Of a DNA stretch of 64,000 nucleotides, positions 35,584 to 45,066 are shown piece by piece. Below the pieces are notes generated by a model, which was not told where the DNA came from, made no database searches, and worked only from the letters and a program-made list of their open reading frames with translations. Numbering within the stretch: position 1 is the stretch's first letter; the number at the start of each line of letters is the position of its first letter. A program made the position numbers and the translations under genes. The DNA is from a virus: the IMG/VR virus record IMGVR_UViG_3300029551_000174, positions 62,603 through 126,602 of that record; one strand, 5' to 3'.

Positions 35584-36141
35584 ATGAAACCATTTATTGG
35601 AATCAAGAGAATTTGGTATGGTGCTCCTCTTACCGAGGCAAATACACCTGCTAAGTTGGCTACATGGTTGAAAACCGCTACAGAGGTCTTGAACAGCCAT
35701 GAGGGAACATGGGGATATTCTCAGGATGACCCTAGTGTTACCGAGTACAAGAACGAGCTGAACGGACAGGTTTACTATCGTGACAAGACCGATGAGGGTG
35801 CTAAGACTATTACATTCTCTATTGGTGTCTTCTCATGGAAGAACAAGGTTGACCTTCAAGGTGGTAAGATGTACGATTCAACCGGAGCAGCGACTACAAC
35901 GGAGGCGAACGCAGTAGGTTGGTCTTCTAGTCAAGATTTGGAAAATATCAACAAGTGTATTGTTGCTCAGACCAAGACAGGAAACTACATCGTTTTCTCA
36001 AATGCGGCTATCGTAGCCAAGGGAGACCAGCAGGACAAGAATATCACTTTGGGTATTTCTGCCGTTGCCATGGAAAGTGGGACCGATGGTGTGGCTGGCG
36101 AGTACCAATGGGAAGGTTCTGCAGTTGTGGAACGGGAATAA
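35584..36141 (+). CDS. Major tail protein (putative)
   Basis: 185 aa, G/T/S-rich. Position after the head-tail genes. Confidence 0.4.
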   Translation: MKPFIGIKRIWYGAPLTEANTPAKLATWLKTATEVLNSHEGTWGYSQDDPSVTEYKNELNGQVYYRDKTDEGAKTITFSIGVFSWKNKVDLQGGKMYDSTGAATTTEANAVGWSSSQDLENINKCIVAQTKTGNYIVFSNAAIVAKGDQQDKNITLGISAVAMESGTDGVAGEYQWEGSAVVERE

Positions 36142-36207
36142 GGTATAAACGACAAATGATAGAGGGGGATGGTATTACTGCCGTTCCCTTTTTTTATATT
36201 AAGAACT

Positions 36208-36591
36208 ATGAGTAAGGCAAGTAAATTAGTTGCGGATGCTATTCTTGGGGAGGATTCCGTAACAACAATGGTGAATGGAAAGACTTATTGTATTTCACCG
36301 CCAACTATTATAAAATTGGTAAAGGCGGCTAAATACCTTGACCGTTTTGAGGAAGGCAAATCGCCAGGGGAAATCTTATGGATGATGAAAGATTTAGGTG
36401 ACGCTTGCAAGGCATTATCTGTGTTTATACAAGGCGATGAATCCATTAGTGATGAATTATCTAAAGGAAAACTAGAAGATGTTGTCAATGGCTTGCAAAA
36501 GGCTTATTCTCTAATTTCAATAAAGGATTTTCAGAAGCTATCAATTTTGGCGAAGAGTGCGGCAAGGATGATAGCAAAACCACGACCATAG
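36208..36591 (+). CDS. Tail assembly chaperone-like protein (putative)
   Basis: Position after the tail tube gene. A small ORF at 36628..36780 follows. Confidence 0.35.
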   Translation: MSKASKLVADAILGEDSVTTMVNGKTYCISPPTIIKLVKAAKYLDRFEEGKSPGEILWMMKDLGDACKALSVFIQGDESISDELSKGKLEDVVNGLQKAYSLISIKDFQKLSILAKSAARMIAKPRP

Positions 36592-36805
36592 GAAACGATA
36601 CACTCTTAGGCAAGATTGCATCTTTTATGGATAGTCTGCATTTGTCGTACCAAGAGGTCGTGAGAGAAATACCTTATAGGAACTTGCTACTGATGGCAAA
36701 AGACAAGCAAAGAGTAGCATGTGGTGATGTAATGTATGAGGTAACGGAAGAAGAGTTTGGAATGAACTTCAAAAAAGGATAAGTTTAAAATAATGCAAAT
36801 AAAGT

Positions 36806-36858
36806 ATTAAAAGCACTAAAACGTTTGCAAGTTAGCAAAATATTGTTTATCTTTGCAA
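36806..36858 (+). promoter_or_regulatory. Bacteroidetes promoter (aacgtttgca ... tttatctttgca)
   Basis: Consensus. Confidence 0.55.
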
Positions 36859-36963
36859 GCGCAGAACAAAAAAGGATAAAATGGCGATTTAAGAAATTGA
36901 TAAGATATTAGAGACACGAAACCCGATGGACTATACCGAAAGGCAGTCCGAGTCACTATTCCT

Positions 36964-37311
36964 TTGACTTTGCAATCGGTAGTTTCGTGTTTTTGTGTTT
37001 TAAATAAGATGCAAGACGTAAGGTTAATATTCGAGATACTTGTTTCCATGCTGCTTTGCGTTTGTCTCATATTGCTTGCTGTAAGTAGATATAGGCAAAA
37101 GAAAAAGCGTGAAGAACCGGAGCGAAAGGAAATGGACTTGATAGACTTCTTTTCTTTGGGAGGAGTTGCCTATTATTGGAACAAAGGTGGTAAGCAGCAG
37201 AAATGCTACACATATGAAGAATTTCTGAAAATCAAGGCTGACTACGTGGAGCTTTGGTTGAATCAGAACAGATATATTTTTAACTCTCAATTAGATTGCG
37301 ATGATATATAG
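36964..37311 (+). CDS. Small membrane protein
   Basis: TM helix LIFEILVSMLLCVCLILLAV. Confidence 0.4.
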   Translation: MTLQSVVSCFCVLNKMQDVRLIFEILVSMLLCVCLILLAVSRYRQKKKREEPERKEMDLIDFFSLGGVAYYWNKGGKQQKCYTYEEFLKIKADYVELWLNQNRYIFNSQLDCDDI

Positions 37312-37531
37312 AGTATTTGTTTTGTTTCCGACAATAGTTGTATCAGATGGTATTGTCGGTATAGCTTGGCTAGGAAAGGTCTTTAGCTGGCGATATGGAA
37401 AGAACAAGAAAAAGAGCAAGAATGTATCCTTGATGATAGGATATAACACAGGAATGTCTCTTAAGTCGAAAATAGACGATAACGCTGCGGATGATTATTT
37501 AAGACGCATTGCCGAAGAAAACAGAATCTAA
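37301..37531 (+). CDS. Small membrane protein
   Basis: Hydrophobic N-terminus. Confidence 0.35.
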   Translation: MIYRVFVLFPTIVVSDGIVGIAWLGKVFSWRYGKNKKKSKNVSLMIGYNTGMSLKSKIDDNAADDYLRRIAEENRI

Positions 37532-37626
37532 ATTCAAGGGTTAGATACCCTTTTTACAACCATATTACTTGTGGTTATTTTTATACATCGGTTTTTATTA
37601 ACGATTGTTTTTTTTATGGTAGATAA

Positions 37627-38733
37627 ATGTATAAAAACGAGCACAAGTTCCCTTATAGATGGACTAAAAAAGATGCTAATTTCACAAAAGACAAAGGTAA
37701 GGTGATGTCTTGCTTCTGTTGTGGAGGTGGAAGTTCCTTTGGCTACAAACTAGCTGGCTACGATGTTGTAGCCTGTAATGAGATAGACCCAAAGGTTATG
37801 AAGATGTACTTGAAGAATCACGATGTCAAGTATGCTTTCAATTGTGATATTCGTGAGTTGATTACCAATATCAATATGGGGGGGCATATTATGAAAGAAG
37901 AGCTTCATAATTTGGATATATTGGATGCTAGTTTCCCTTGTTCGGTATTCAGTATTGCAGGTGACCGCCAAAAGGCTTGGGGAAAGGAAAAAGTATTCCG
38001 AGAAGGTCAGAAAGCACAAAGGCTTGACGATTTGGCTTTTTACTCAATCGCCCTCGCTCAAGAACTACAACCAAAGGTAGTGGTTTTTGAGAATGTCCAA
38101 GGTTTGTTGCAAGGTGAAGCTATCGAGTACGTGAAAGAGATTTACAGGCAGATGGATAATGCCGGATATATCTTGCAGCATTGGTTGCTTAATGCACGTA
38201 ATATGGGTGTTCCTCAGAATCGACCTAGGGTGTTCTTTCTAGGATTACGCAAAGACCTTTGCAAGCCGTTTATGGTTCAGAAGGATTTGTTCGAGCGAGT
38301 GCCTAAGATAGATATGGACTTCAACGAGAAAGAAATTGTCTTGGATGAGTTTTCGGACTATAGTGGAAGACAGATTCCAAAAGGAGTGATGAAGTATTGG
38401 GAGCATAGAAACGAGAAAGACAATTCTATCGGTGATATTGTCAAACGGATGGATAATCGTCTTTCTATGTTCAATAATATGTTTCTTAAAAAGGATAAAG
38501 TATGCAATACTATATCAGCAATGGAAGATAGGCTTTTGTATTTTGATAATCCAAGTTATATTTCAGCGCATGATACGATTTTAGCATCAACATTCCCGAT
38601 GGATTATGACTTTAATGGCATGAAGCCTTGGTTTGCTTGCGGAATGTGCGTTCCTCCGGTTATGATGGCGAATGTAGCTGCGAGAATCTGGGATTGTTGG
38701 TTGTCAAAGATTAAAAAGGAGGAATGCGCATGA
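37627..38733 (+). CDS. DNA (cytosine-5)-methyltransferase
   Basis: Motif I FCCGGGSS, PC motif ASFPCSVFSIAG, ENV motif VFENVQGL. Confidence 0.8.
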   Translation: MYKNEHKFPYRWTKKDANFTKDKGKVMSCFCCGGGSSFGYKLAGYDVVACNEIDPKVMKMYLKNHDVKYAFNCDIRELITNINMGGHIMKEELHNLDILDASFPCSVFSIAGDRQKAWGKEKVFREGQKAQRLDDLAFYSIALAQELQPKVVVFENVQGLLQGEAIEYVKEIYRQMDNAGYILQHWLLNARNMGVPQNRPRVFFLGLRKDLCKPFMVQKDLFERVPKIDMDFNEKEIVLDEFSDYSGRQIPKGVMKYWEHRNEKDNSIGDIVKRMDNRLSMFNNMFLKKDKVCNTISAMEDRLLYFDNPSYISAHDTILASTFPMDYDFNGMKPWFACGMCVPPVMMANVAARIWDCWLSKIKKEECA

Positions 38734-39467
38734 TAACAGCAAGTATGACTTCGGGTGAGATGCGTAGAGTACGAAACTTAGATGAAGCTAGAATCTATGA
38801 GTTTCAGATGCGAAAAGCTAATGAGCTTAAACGTGAAATGAGAAAGCAGAACGTAAGACAAATAACAAAGACCTTTGAGTTTGCTACACCGAATGCCGAT
38901 TATTTTATCGTTGTAGGTGTAAAACATGGCGATGTATTTGCTTCCGGTGTGTTCATTTATCTGAAGGAAACTAACGAGTATATTCCTATGAGCAGAAATG
39001 AGGGGTATAGCGAGGATTGTTTTGCTATGAGCGTTCATTTTCTGAAGAGATATGCAGAAAGGTATTTGAAAAAGGATTTGCCGATAGCAAAGATATTACA
39101 AAAGATATATACATCGTTTACAGGTGCGGTTCAGCTTTATAGTGACGACAAGACAAAAAGGGTGGTGTTTGCTATTCCGGAAGGGCTTATACTCACAGAA
39201 TACGAGCAAGAAAAGCGTATCATCCACTACAAAACCTTTGTAAGCATGGATATGCTAAAGAAGACACAGATGCAAAGTTACGAGAAGATTAGTGCATTTC
39301 TAATGGAATCATGTCAGCAAATAGCTATGGCAAGAGAAGCAGGAAATGACGAAAAGCTGGGCGTTGTGTACAGAAGGTTTTATGATGATATTGATTTACT
39401 AGACACTAAGGAGGCGCAAGCCATATATTCAGGTTTCTTTGAAAAAGGAGGTAACAATGAAAGATAA
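38724..39467 (+). CDS. hypothetical protein
   Basis: ORF between the methyltransferases. Confidence 0.45.
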   Translation: MRMITASMTSGEMRRVRNLDEARIYEFQMRKANELKREMRKQNVRQITKTFEFATPNADYFIVVGVKHGDVFASGVFIYLKETNEYIPMSRNEGYSEDCFAMSVHFLKRYAERYLKKDLPIAKILQKIYTSFTGAVQLYSDDKTKRVVFAIPEGLILTEYEQEKRIIHYKTFVSMDMLKKTQMQSYEKISAFLMESCQQIAMAREAGNDEKLGVVYRRFYDDIDLLDTKEAQAIYSGFFEKGGNNER

Positions 39468-39960
39468 ATGTATAACAAGGTTTCTTGGTGATATTAAGCC
39501 TATAAAGAATTACGAAAGGTATTATGTTAGCAAGCTGGGACATGTCTTTACTATTGGGAGAACGTCTCAATTAAAGGAAATCGCACCTTGCAAGACACCA
39601 AAAGGTTATTTGAAGGTATGGCTTTACAAAAACGGAAAGCGAAAGATGTTCTATGTTCATCGTTTGGTAGCGCAGGCATTCTTGGAGAATCCAGATGCAT
39701 TACCAATGGTGAATCATAAGGATTTCGACAAGACGAATAATAACGTAGATAACTTGGAGTATTGTACCGCAAGATACAATGTGATTTATTCTGCTATAGC
39801 AAAGAAAACCTCTTCCGAATACTTGGGTGTTACTTGGAATAAGAGTGTAAGAAAATGGCAAGCTCAGTACCAGGTAGGTAAGAAGAAAACTTATATCGGA
39901 TGCTTTGGTACGCAAGAAGAGGCTCACGAAGCTTATGTTAACGCTACAAAAGAGATTTGA
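39457..39960 (+). CDS. HNH homing endonuclease with NUMOD4-like and AP2 domains
   Basis: YYVSKLGHVF...GYLKV.LYKNGKRKMFYVHRLVAQAF, VNHKDFDKTNNNVDNLEY (HNH_3), EYLGVTWNK..RKWQAQY.VGKKKTYIGCFGTQEEAHEAY (AP2). Confidence 0.7.
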   Translation: MKDKCITRFLGDIKPIKNYERYYVSKLGHVFTIGRTSQLKEIAPCKTPKGYLKVWLYKNGKRKMFYVHRLVAQAFLENPDALPMVNHKDFDKTNNNVDNLEYCTARYNVIYSAIAKKTSSEYLGVTWNKSVRKWQAQYQVGKKKTYIGCFGTQEEAHEAYVNATKEI

Positions 39961-39961
39961 C

Positions 39962-40675
39962 ATGCTTAAATTTGATAGAATATACAATTCCGACTGTATA
40001 GAAGGAATGAAACAAATAGAGACCAGGAAAGTAGATTTAATTGTTACTGACCCACCATATTGTATCTCCTATAAGACCGGATGGAGAGCAGACGACCATC
40101 GCTTTTCGAAGGAAATACTCAATGACGATAATGAGCAATTGATTATTGATTATATGAGCGAATGCTACCGGATTTTGAAGGATGATAGTGCTGCTTATAT
40201 CTTCTGTAGTGCCAAAACATTGGACTTTTTTATGCAACAAGCGAGGAACGCAGGGTTTACCATTAAGAATGTGCTCATTTGGCGAAAGAACAACCATACG
40301 GCTGGAGATTTAGAGGCGCAATATGGGCAATGTTACGAGCCAATCCTGTACTTGAATAAAGGCAGACGAACCATAAACGGAAAGCGTTTGGAGGACGTAT
40401 GGGACTTTGATAGAGTTCCATCTGATAAATTGGTACATCAGAAAGAGAAACCAATTCCCTTGCTTATGCAATGCATCTTGAAATCATCGGACGAAGGAGA
40501 TTTGGTATTTGATGGTTTTATGGGTTCAGCAAGTACTGCTTTGGCTTGTATGCGAACAAACAGGAATTTCCTTGGCTTTGAATTAGACGGGGAATATTTC
40601 AAGGTAGCACAAAAAAGAATCAAAGAAGAAATGTTTAATCAAAAAGATATGTTTGGATATGTTGGAGATAGATAA
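39962..40675 (+). CDS. DNA methyltransferase, N6-adenine/N4-cytosine (beta class, DPPY)
   Basis: IVTDPPY motif IV. C-terminal FDGFMGSASTALAC motif I. Confidence 0.75.
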   Translation: MLKFDRIYNSDCIEGMKQIETRKVDLIVTDPPYCISYKTGWRADDHRFSKEILNDDNEQLIIDYMSECYRILKDDSAAYIFCSAKTLDFFMQQARNAGFTIKNVLIWRKNNHTAGDLEAQYGQCYEPILYLNKGRRTINGKRLEDVWDFDRVPSDKLVHQKEKPIPLLMQCILKSSDEGDLVFDGFMGSASTALACMRTNRNFLGFELDGEYFKVAQKRIKEEMFNQKDMFGYVGDR

Positions 40676-41405
40676 GATTTATCAAGTTGATTGTCTGGAT
40701 GGTATGAGCAAGATTGATGACAAATCTGTCTCGCTTATACTCACAGACCCTCCATATGAAATTTCAAGGAATTCCAATTATGCAAAGTCCGCTCCTACTG
40801 GTAAAGATACTGATAGATTCCGCATATCTATCGACTTTGGAGACTGGGATAAACAGGAAGCATTTGATATAGGCTCTATGATAAAAGAATCCTACAGGTG
40901 CTTGAAAGATGGTGGATATATAGTTTGTTTCTATGATTTGTGGAAGATTGGGGTCGTAAAGGATGCGATGATTAATGTCGGATTTAAACAAATTAGATTT
41001 ATTGAATGGATAAAAACAAATCCTGTTCCAATAAATAGTAAGACAAACTATCTCACAAACGCAAGAGAGGTCGCTGTGTGTGGGGTGAAAGGTAAAAATC
41101 CTATCTTTAAAAGCGAATATGACAATGGAGTATATAGCTTTCCAATCTGTCGTGATAAGGGGAGATTTCATCCTACCCAGAAGCCTGTTAGTCTTTTCAG
41201 AAGCATTATAAACAAGCATTCCTGCAAAGGAGATATTGTACTAGATTGCTGTATAGGTAGTGGAACTACGGCTATTGCGTGTATTCAAGAAAATCGTAAT
41301 TTTATTGGTTTTGAAACTAATAGAGAGTTTTACGACAAAGCAAACGAGAGAATAGAAAATGAATTAATGATAAAGCAAGATAGTTTATTTAGTAATGAAA
41401 GTTAG
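40653..41405 (+). CDS. DNA methyltransferase, N6-adenine/N4-cytosine (beta class, DPPY)
   Basis: ILTDPPYEIS and C-terminal VLDCCIGSGTTAIAC. Confidence 0.75.
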   Translation: MDMLEIDKIYQVDCLDGMSKIDDKSVSLILTDPPYEISRNSNYAKSAPTGKDTDRFRISIDFGDWDKQEAFDIGSMIKESYRCLKDGGYIVCFYDLWKIGVVKDAMINVGFKQIRFIEWIKTNPVPINSKTNYLTNAREVAVCGVKGKNPIFKSEYDNGVYSFPICRDKGRFHPTQKPVSLFRSIINKHSCKGDIVLDCCIGSGTTAIACIQENRNFIGFETNREFYDKANERIENELMIKQDSLFSNES

Positions 41406-42130
41406 TGGGTGATATGATGGAGCTAAATAGAATTTATCAAGGTGATTGCCGAAAGCTTCTAAAGCAGCTAGACGATGAATGTATAGACCTAGTATGCTCT
41501 GATGTTGCTTATCCGGTACAAGCTAGAGGTGGGCGCAGTAGTATGAGTGGATATTGGACGGATTCTCAAACTAGAAAAGGTAAGATATTCAAGAGTAATG
41601 ACATAGATATTTCGGAGTATATCAACGAACTATATCGAGTACTAAAGGATAAGACTCATTGCTATCTTATGTGTAACGACTATAATCTGATGCACTTTCT
41701 AGATGAGATAGGACGGAGTGAGTTTCACTTCACAAAGTGTTTAATATGGGATAAATGCACTAAGGTGTGTGGAACGTATTATATGAACCAAAAAGAGTAT
41801 ATCATTATGCTTCGTAAGGGAGGTGGAAAGCCAATTAATGAGTTTGGCACATCTGACATTCTGAGTGTTCCTATTCCAACCAACAAACGCAGGGATAAAG
41901 AAGGATTGATCAATCAGACCGAAAAACCAGTTAAGTTGATGGAGATTCTAATCAGAAACTCAACAAATGTAGGTGATGTTGTTCTTGACCCATTTATGGG
42001 GAGTGGCACAACAGCAAGGGCTTGCGTTAATCTTGAAAGAAAGTATATAGGCTTCGAAATAGACCAGCGGCAAGTAGATTTTTCCAATAACGAATTAAAG
42101 AGCATGAGTAGGCAATTAAGTCTGTTTTAA
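41405..42130 (+). CDS. DNA methyltransferase-like protein with atypical motif IV (SDVAYP) and intact motif I
   Basis: LVCSDVAYPV in place of DPPY. C-terminal VLDPFMGSGTTARAC. Confidence 0.6.
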   Translation: MGDMMELNRIYQGDCRKLLKQLDDECIDLVCSDVAYPVQARGGRSSMSGYWTDSQTRKGKIFKSNDIDISEYINELYRVLKDKTHCYLMCNDYNLMHFLDEIGRSEFHFTKCLIWDKCTKVCGTYYMNQKEYIIMLRKGGGKPINEFGTSDILSVPIPTNKRRDKEGLINQTEKPVKLMEILIRNSTNVGDVVLDPFMGSGTTARACVNLERKYIGFEIDQRQVDFSNNELKSMSRQLSLF

Positions 42131-42134
42131 AACA

Positions 42135-42359
42135 ATGGATATGAGTATGGTTATTCAATGTAACACAGTTGTAAGAAATGGGAATAAAGAGATAACGGAT
42201 GCTCTTATAAAAGCCATTAAGGATGAAGCCTCGAAGCGTGGGTTGGTACGTGATGAATTGGTTGAATATTGCAACCAATTGTTAAGGAAAGGCGAAATCA
42301 AGGCTTGTATTAAGAATTTGTTTTATAATTTCAAACGTTATTTTTGGAGGTATTATTGA
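42135..42359 (+). CDS. hypothetical protein
   Basis: ORF. Confidence 0.4.
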   Translation: MDMSMVIQCNTVVRNGNKEITDALIKAIKDEASKRGLVRDELVEYCNQLLRKGEIKACIKNLFYNFKRYFWRYY

Positions 42360-42360
42360 T

Positions 42361-42990
42361 ATGAGAAGAAGAAAGTTGAACAAGTCTCCAGTGCTAGGTC
42401 TCTGCGGATTTGTTGTCGGTTACGAGTGCAAGGAAAAGGGAATAAAGCTGATGGAGTGCGATAAGGCGCAAGCTGATGCAATCATAGTTCCTCATCACTT
42501 TTCACACAAGGTAACGAAGAATAGTTGCTTGAATCTTTTGGTATTGTACAAAGGCAAGATTAGGGGTGCTATGCAAATTGGGTATGGAATTCGACCGCAT
42601 ATCAAGACTGAAAAGGGCGAAGTGTTGGATTACCATCAAGTGAGGGAATTTGACCGAATGTGGTTGTCTGATGATATGCCAAAGTATAGCGAAACCATTT
42701 GCCTTTCTCTCTTACACAAGTATATTAGGGCAACGCATAAGGAAATCAAGTATCTTATATCTTATGCCGATACGTCCATAGGTAACAAGGGAACTATATA
42801 TAAAGCTGCAAACTATGAGCATATTGATACCATTAAGGCAGATTTCTATGTATTACCAAGTGGTGAGCGTGTGCATCCGGTAACTATGTGGCATCGGCAC
42901 AAGACAAGAGTGTGGGAGGTTCTGACGGAACTATACCCAGGAATAAAAAAGGCAGAAGGGTTTCAACTTAAATTTCTGAAGAAGTTATGA
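42361..42990 (+). CDS. hypothetical protein (candidate DNA-modification accessory)
   Basis: 209-aa ORF immediately downstream of the methyltransferase block. Confidence 0.45.
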   Translation: MRRRKLNKSPVLGLCGFVVGYECKEKGIKLMECDKAQADAIIVPHHFSHKVTKNSCLNLLVLYKGKIRGAMQIGYGIRPHIKTEKGEVLDYHQVREFDRMWLSDDMPKYSETICLSLLHKYIRATHKEIKYLISYADTSIGNKGTIYKAANYEHIDTIKADFYVLPSGERVHPVTMWHRHKTRVWEVLTELYPGIKKAEGFQLKFLKKL

Positions 42991-43202
42991 AGAAAAGAAA
43001 TAAATATATTCCTTGTCATTTGCATCCAGATCCTGAGCATTGGGTTAGAAAAGGTCAATCTTGGAAGGCGAAGGTCGCTTATGAAAACGAGGATGATGCT
43101 TGGGAATTTCTGAATCAGAATCCGAAGTTAAAGGCACTCGGTTGGCATCCTTACTTATGCAAGGTTTGCTCAAAGTGGCATATTGGTAGGTTACATAATT
43201 AA
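42987..43202 (+). CDS. Small Cys/His-rich (zinc-finger-like) protein
   Basis: CHLH...CKVCSKWH. Confidence 0.4.
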   Translation: MKKRNKYIPCHLHPDPEHWVRKGQSWKAKVAYENEDDAWEFLNQNPKLKALGWHPYLCKVCSKWHIGRLHN

Positions 43203-43207
43203 CGATT

Positions 43208-43594
43208 ATGAAAAAAGAAGATAGACTTAAAATATATCGCAAATACGATGGGCATTGTGCTTATTGCGGTAAGAGTATAGAGTATAAGGATATGCAGGTT
43301 GACCATCTTGTTCCGAATAATCGAGGTTGTTACTCTCGGTGGAGCGACAAGGAGGGAAGGTTTGTCGTTTTTCATGGCGATGACTGTATGGAGAACTATA
43401 TGCCATCTTGCAGGTCTTGTAATCTTCGTAAGCGTGATATGAGTTTGGAACAATTTCGCTCAGAGATTACTAGACAGGCTAAAGGATTGCTTAATGGTAA
43501 GGCTTCTTTCCAAGTAAAGATGTCGCTTGCTTATGGTTTAATCGAAGAGCACTTTGATAGACAAATTGAGTTCTACTTTGAGAAATTTAAATAA
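43208..43594 (+). CDS. HNH endonuclease
   Basis: HCAYCGK...DHLVPNNRG...CRSCNLRK (HNHc). Confidence 0.7.
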   Translation: MKKEDRLKIYRKYDGHCAYCGKSIEYKDMQVDHLVPNNRGCYSRWSDKEGRFVVFHGDDCMENYMPSCRSCNLRKRDMSLEQFRSEITRQAKGLLNGKASFQVKMSLAYGLIEEHFDRQIEFYFEKFK

Positions 43595-43602
43595 TAGGGA
43601 AT

Positions 43603-43887
43603 ATGAAGAAGTTTAAGAAGTCGATAGAGATTAGCACTGAGAATATTTCAGACGTTCTTCAAGTGCCAATTGTTACAAGTTTATACAAGACTAAGAATTT
43701 TAAAAATCCTTGCCTTGAAGGTCGTAGCGTTCCTTATGATACTATAGCATTGATGTATGTTCATATCGAAGGCTTTGATAGCGATTTTTGTATTGACCAA
43801 GGCAACATGCTCGCTCTTGATATTTGTGATACTTGGTATGCCTTTTCAAAAGCAGGGTGGGAGAAACATAAAAACGATGAGGTATGA
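43603..43887 (+). CDS. hypothetical protein
   Basis: ORF. Confidence 0.4.
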   Translation: MKKFKKSIEISTENISDVLQVPIVTSLYKTKNFKNPCLEGRSVPYDTIALMYVHIEGFDSDFCIDQGNMLALDICDTWYAFSKAGWEKHKNDEV

Positions 43888-44291
43888 AGAAGAAAGGATA
43901 TTACGAATACGACCCTGTTATCTATCCAAGAATGTTATGTGTCGCTATTGGAATGAACCAAGAGGACGCTAACAAGTGTTTTGAAGGTAGAAAAGGTGAG
44001 GTTTTGAAGGTTGATTTCTCTAATTCTAACGCAATAACCTACGATGAAGTTAGGGAAAAGTCGAATAAGAAGCTTTGTTCATTTATTAATTTTGCAAGCA
44101 AGGATTCTATGAGGATGGGGATTTGTTGCCATGAAGCTTCTCATGCCTGCGATGCCATCGAGGATGCTATTGGTATGGAACACGGAGGCGAGCCTTCTGC
44201 CTACTTGATTGGTTGGATTGCGTCTTGCATCAACAAGGCACGTTTGGGTATTGGTGATTTCGTTGAAATTAAAGATAAGGAAGAAAAGTAG
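43884..44291 (+). CDS. Small HExxH zinc metallopeptidase-like protein
   Basis: HEASHACDAIEDAIGMEHGGE (HExxH plus downstream E). Confidence 0.5.
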   Translation: MKKKGYYEYDPVIYPRMLCVAIGMNQEDANKCFEGRKGEVLKVDFSNSNAITYDEVREKSNKKLCSFINFASKDSMRMGICCHEASHACDAIEDAIGMEHGGEPSAYLIGWIASCINKARLGIGDFVEIKDKEEK

Positions 44292-44419
44292 CCCAAAGAC
44301 AAAATACCTTTGAGTGCTTTGCCCCATCACTATATATAATAATGTAGTGGTGGGGATTTTTGTGTTAACATCAGCAAATTATCCGTCTGTATTATTATAG
44401 TATGTTAAATACTAAAAGA

Positions 44420-44472
44420 AACACATTAAATAGTTTGCATATTTCGATTATTCTTTGTATCTTTGCATCGTA
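44420..44472 (+). promoter_or_regulatory. Bacteroidetes promoter, copy of the 22760 promoter-leader cassette
   Basis: 44401-44527 is ~97% identical to 22741-22862. Confidence 0.6.
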
Positions 44473-44500
44473 ATTAAGAAACAAGGTTACTAATTAAAAA

Positions 44501-44524
44501 GGTGAGACACACCTTAAAAACTGT
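44501..44524 (+). promoter_or_regulatory. Conserved leader hairpin element (ggtg-agaca-cacc + ttaaaaactgt)
   Basis: Motif family. Confidence 0.55.
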
Positions 44525-44533
44525 AATGAGAAA

Positions 44534-44908
44534 ATGAAAAAGTTTTTTGAAAACTTATCTGAAAAGATTAATGATGCGGCTTTTGAGGCGCAGCTTGATG
44601 ATTTTGCTTGCGAGTTTGATGCTATTGACAAACCTGCCGAAATCGTGGTGTCTGTTAAGAGTCGAAAGGTTATCCATTCAAATGGAAATGTTTCCTTTTA
44701 TCCATATTACAATGTAGATAAGATAAATATCTATGATGAAGACGGAGAAGACGTTTCTTCAAAATATCCTTTGTTCTGCCAAAGAGTTAAGGATTGCGTG
44801 CCTTCTTACAAGGATATTGAGAATAGTCTAGAAGAGGCAAATATGAGCGATACCGAGCTTTATTTCGGCTCAGAGGCTAATTATTTGCGTTATAAGTATG
44901 GTAACTAA
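44534..44908 (+). CDS. hypothetical protein
   Basis: First ORF after the cassette. Confidence 0.45.
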   Translation: MKKFFENLSEKINDAAFEAQLDDFACEFDAIDKPAEIVVSVKSRKVIHSNGNVSFYPYYNVDKINIYDEDGEDVSSKYPLFCQRVKDCVPSYKDIENSLEEANMSDTELYFGSEANYLRYKYGN

Positions 44909-45066
44909 ATTGTTTGGATATGGAGTACGAAAATAAGTTTGTAGGTCTTTCATCTGTAACGAGTCACGACCTTGAAATATTAAGGTATGAACTAGAGTAT
45001 GGATGGAAATTGGCTCTTATGCCAAATGATGTATGGTACAACTAATTACATTTAAGATTTCAAATT

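Noticed and set aside
36169-36780. Programmed -1 frameshift (G/GT-type) in the putative tail chaperone
   Set aside because: The downstream small ORF (36628..36780) is in the same frame but separated by two in-frame stops. No slippery heptamer was found near the stop.
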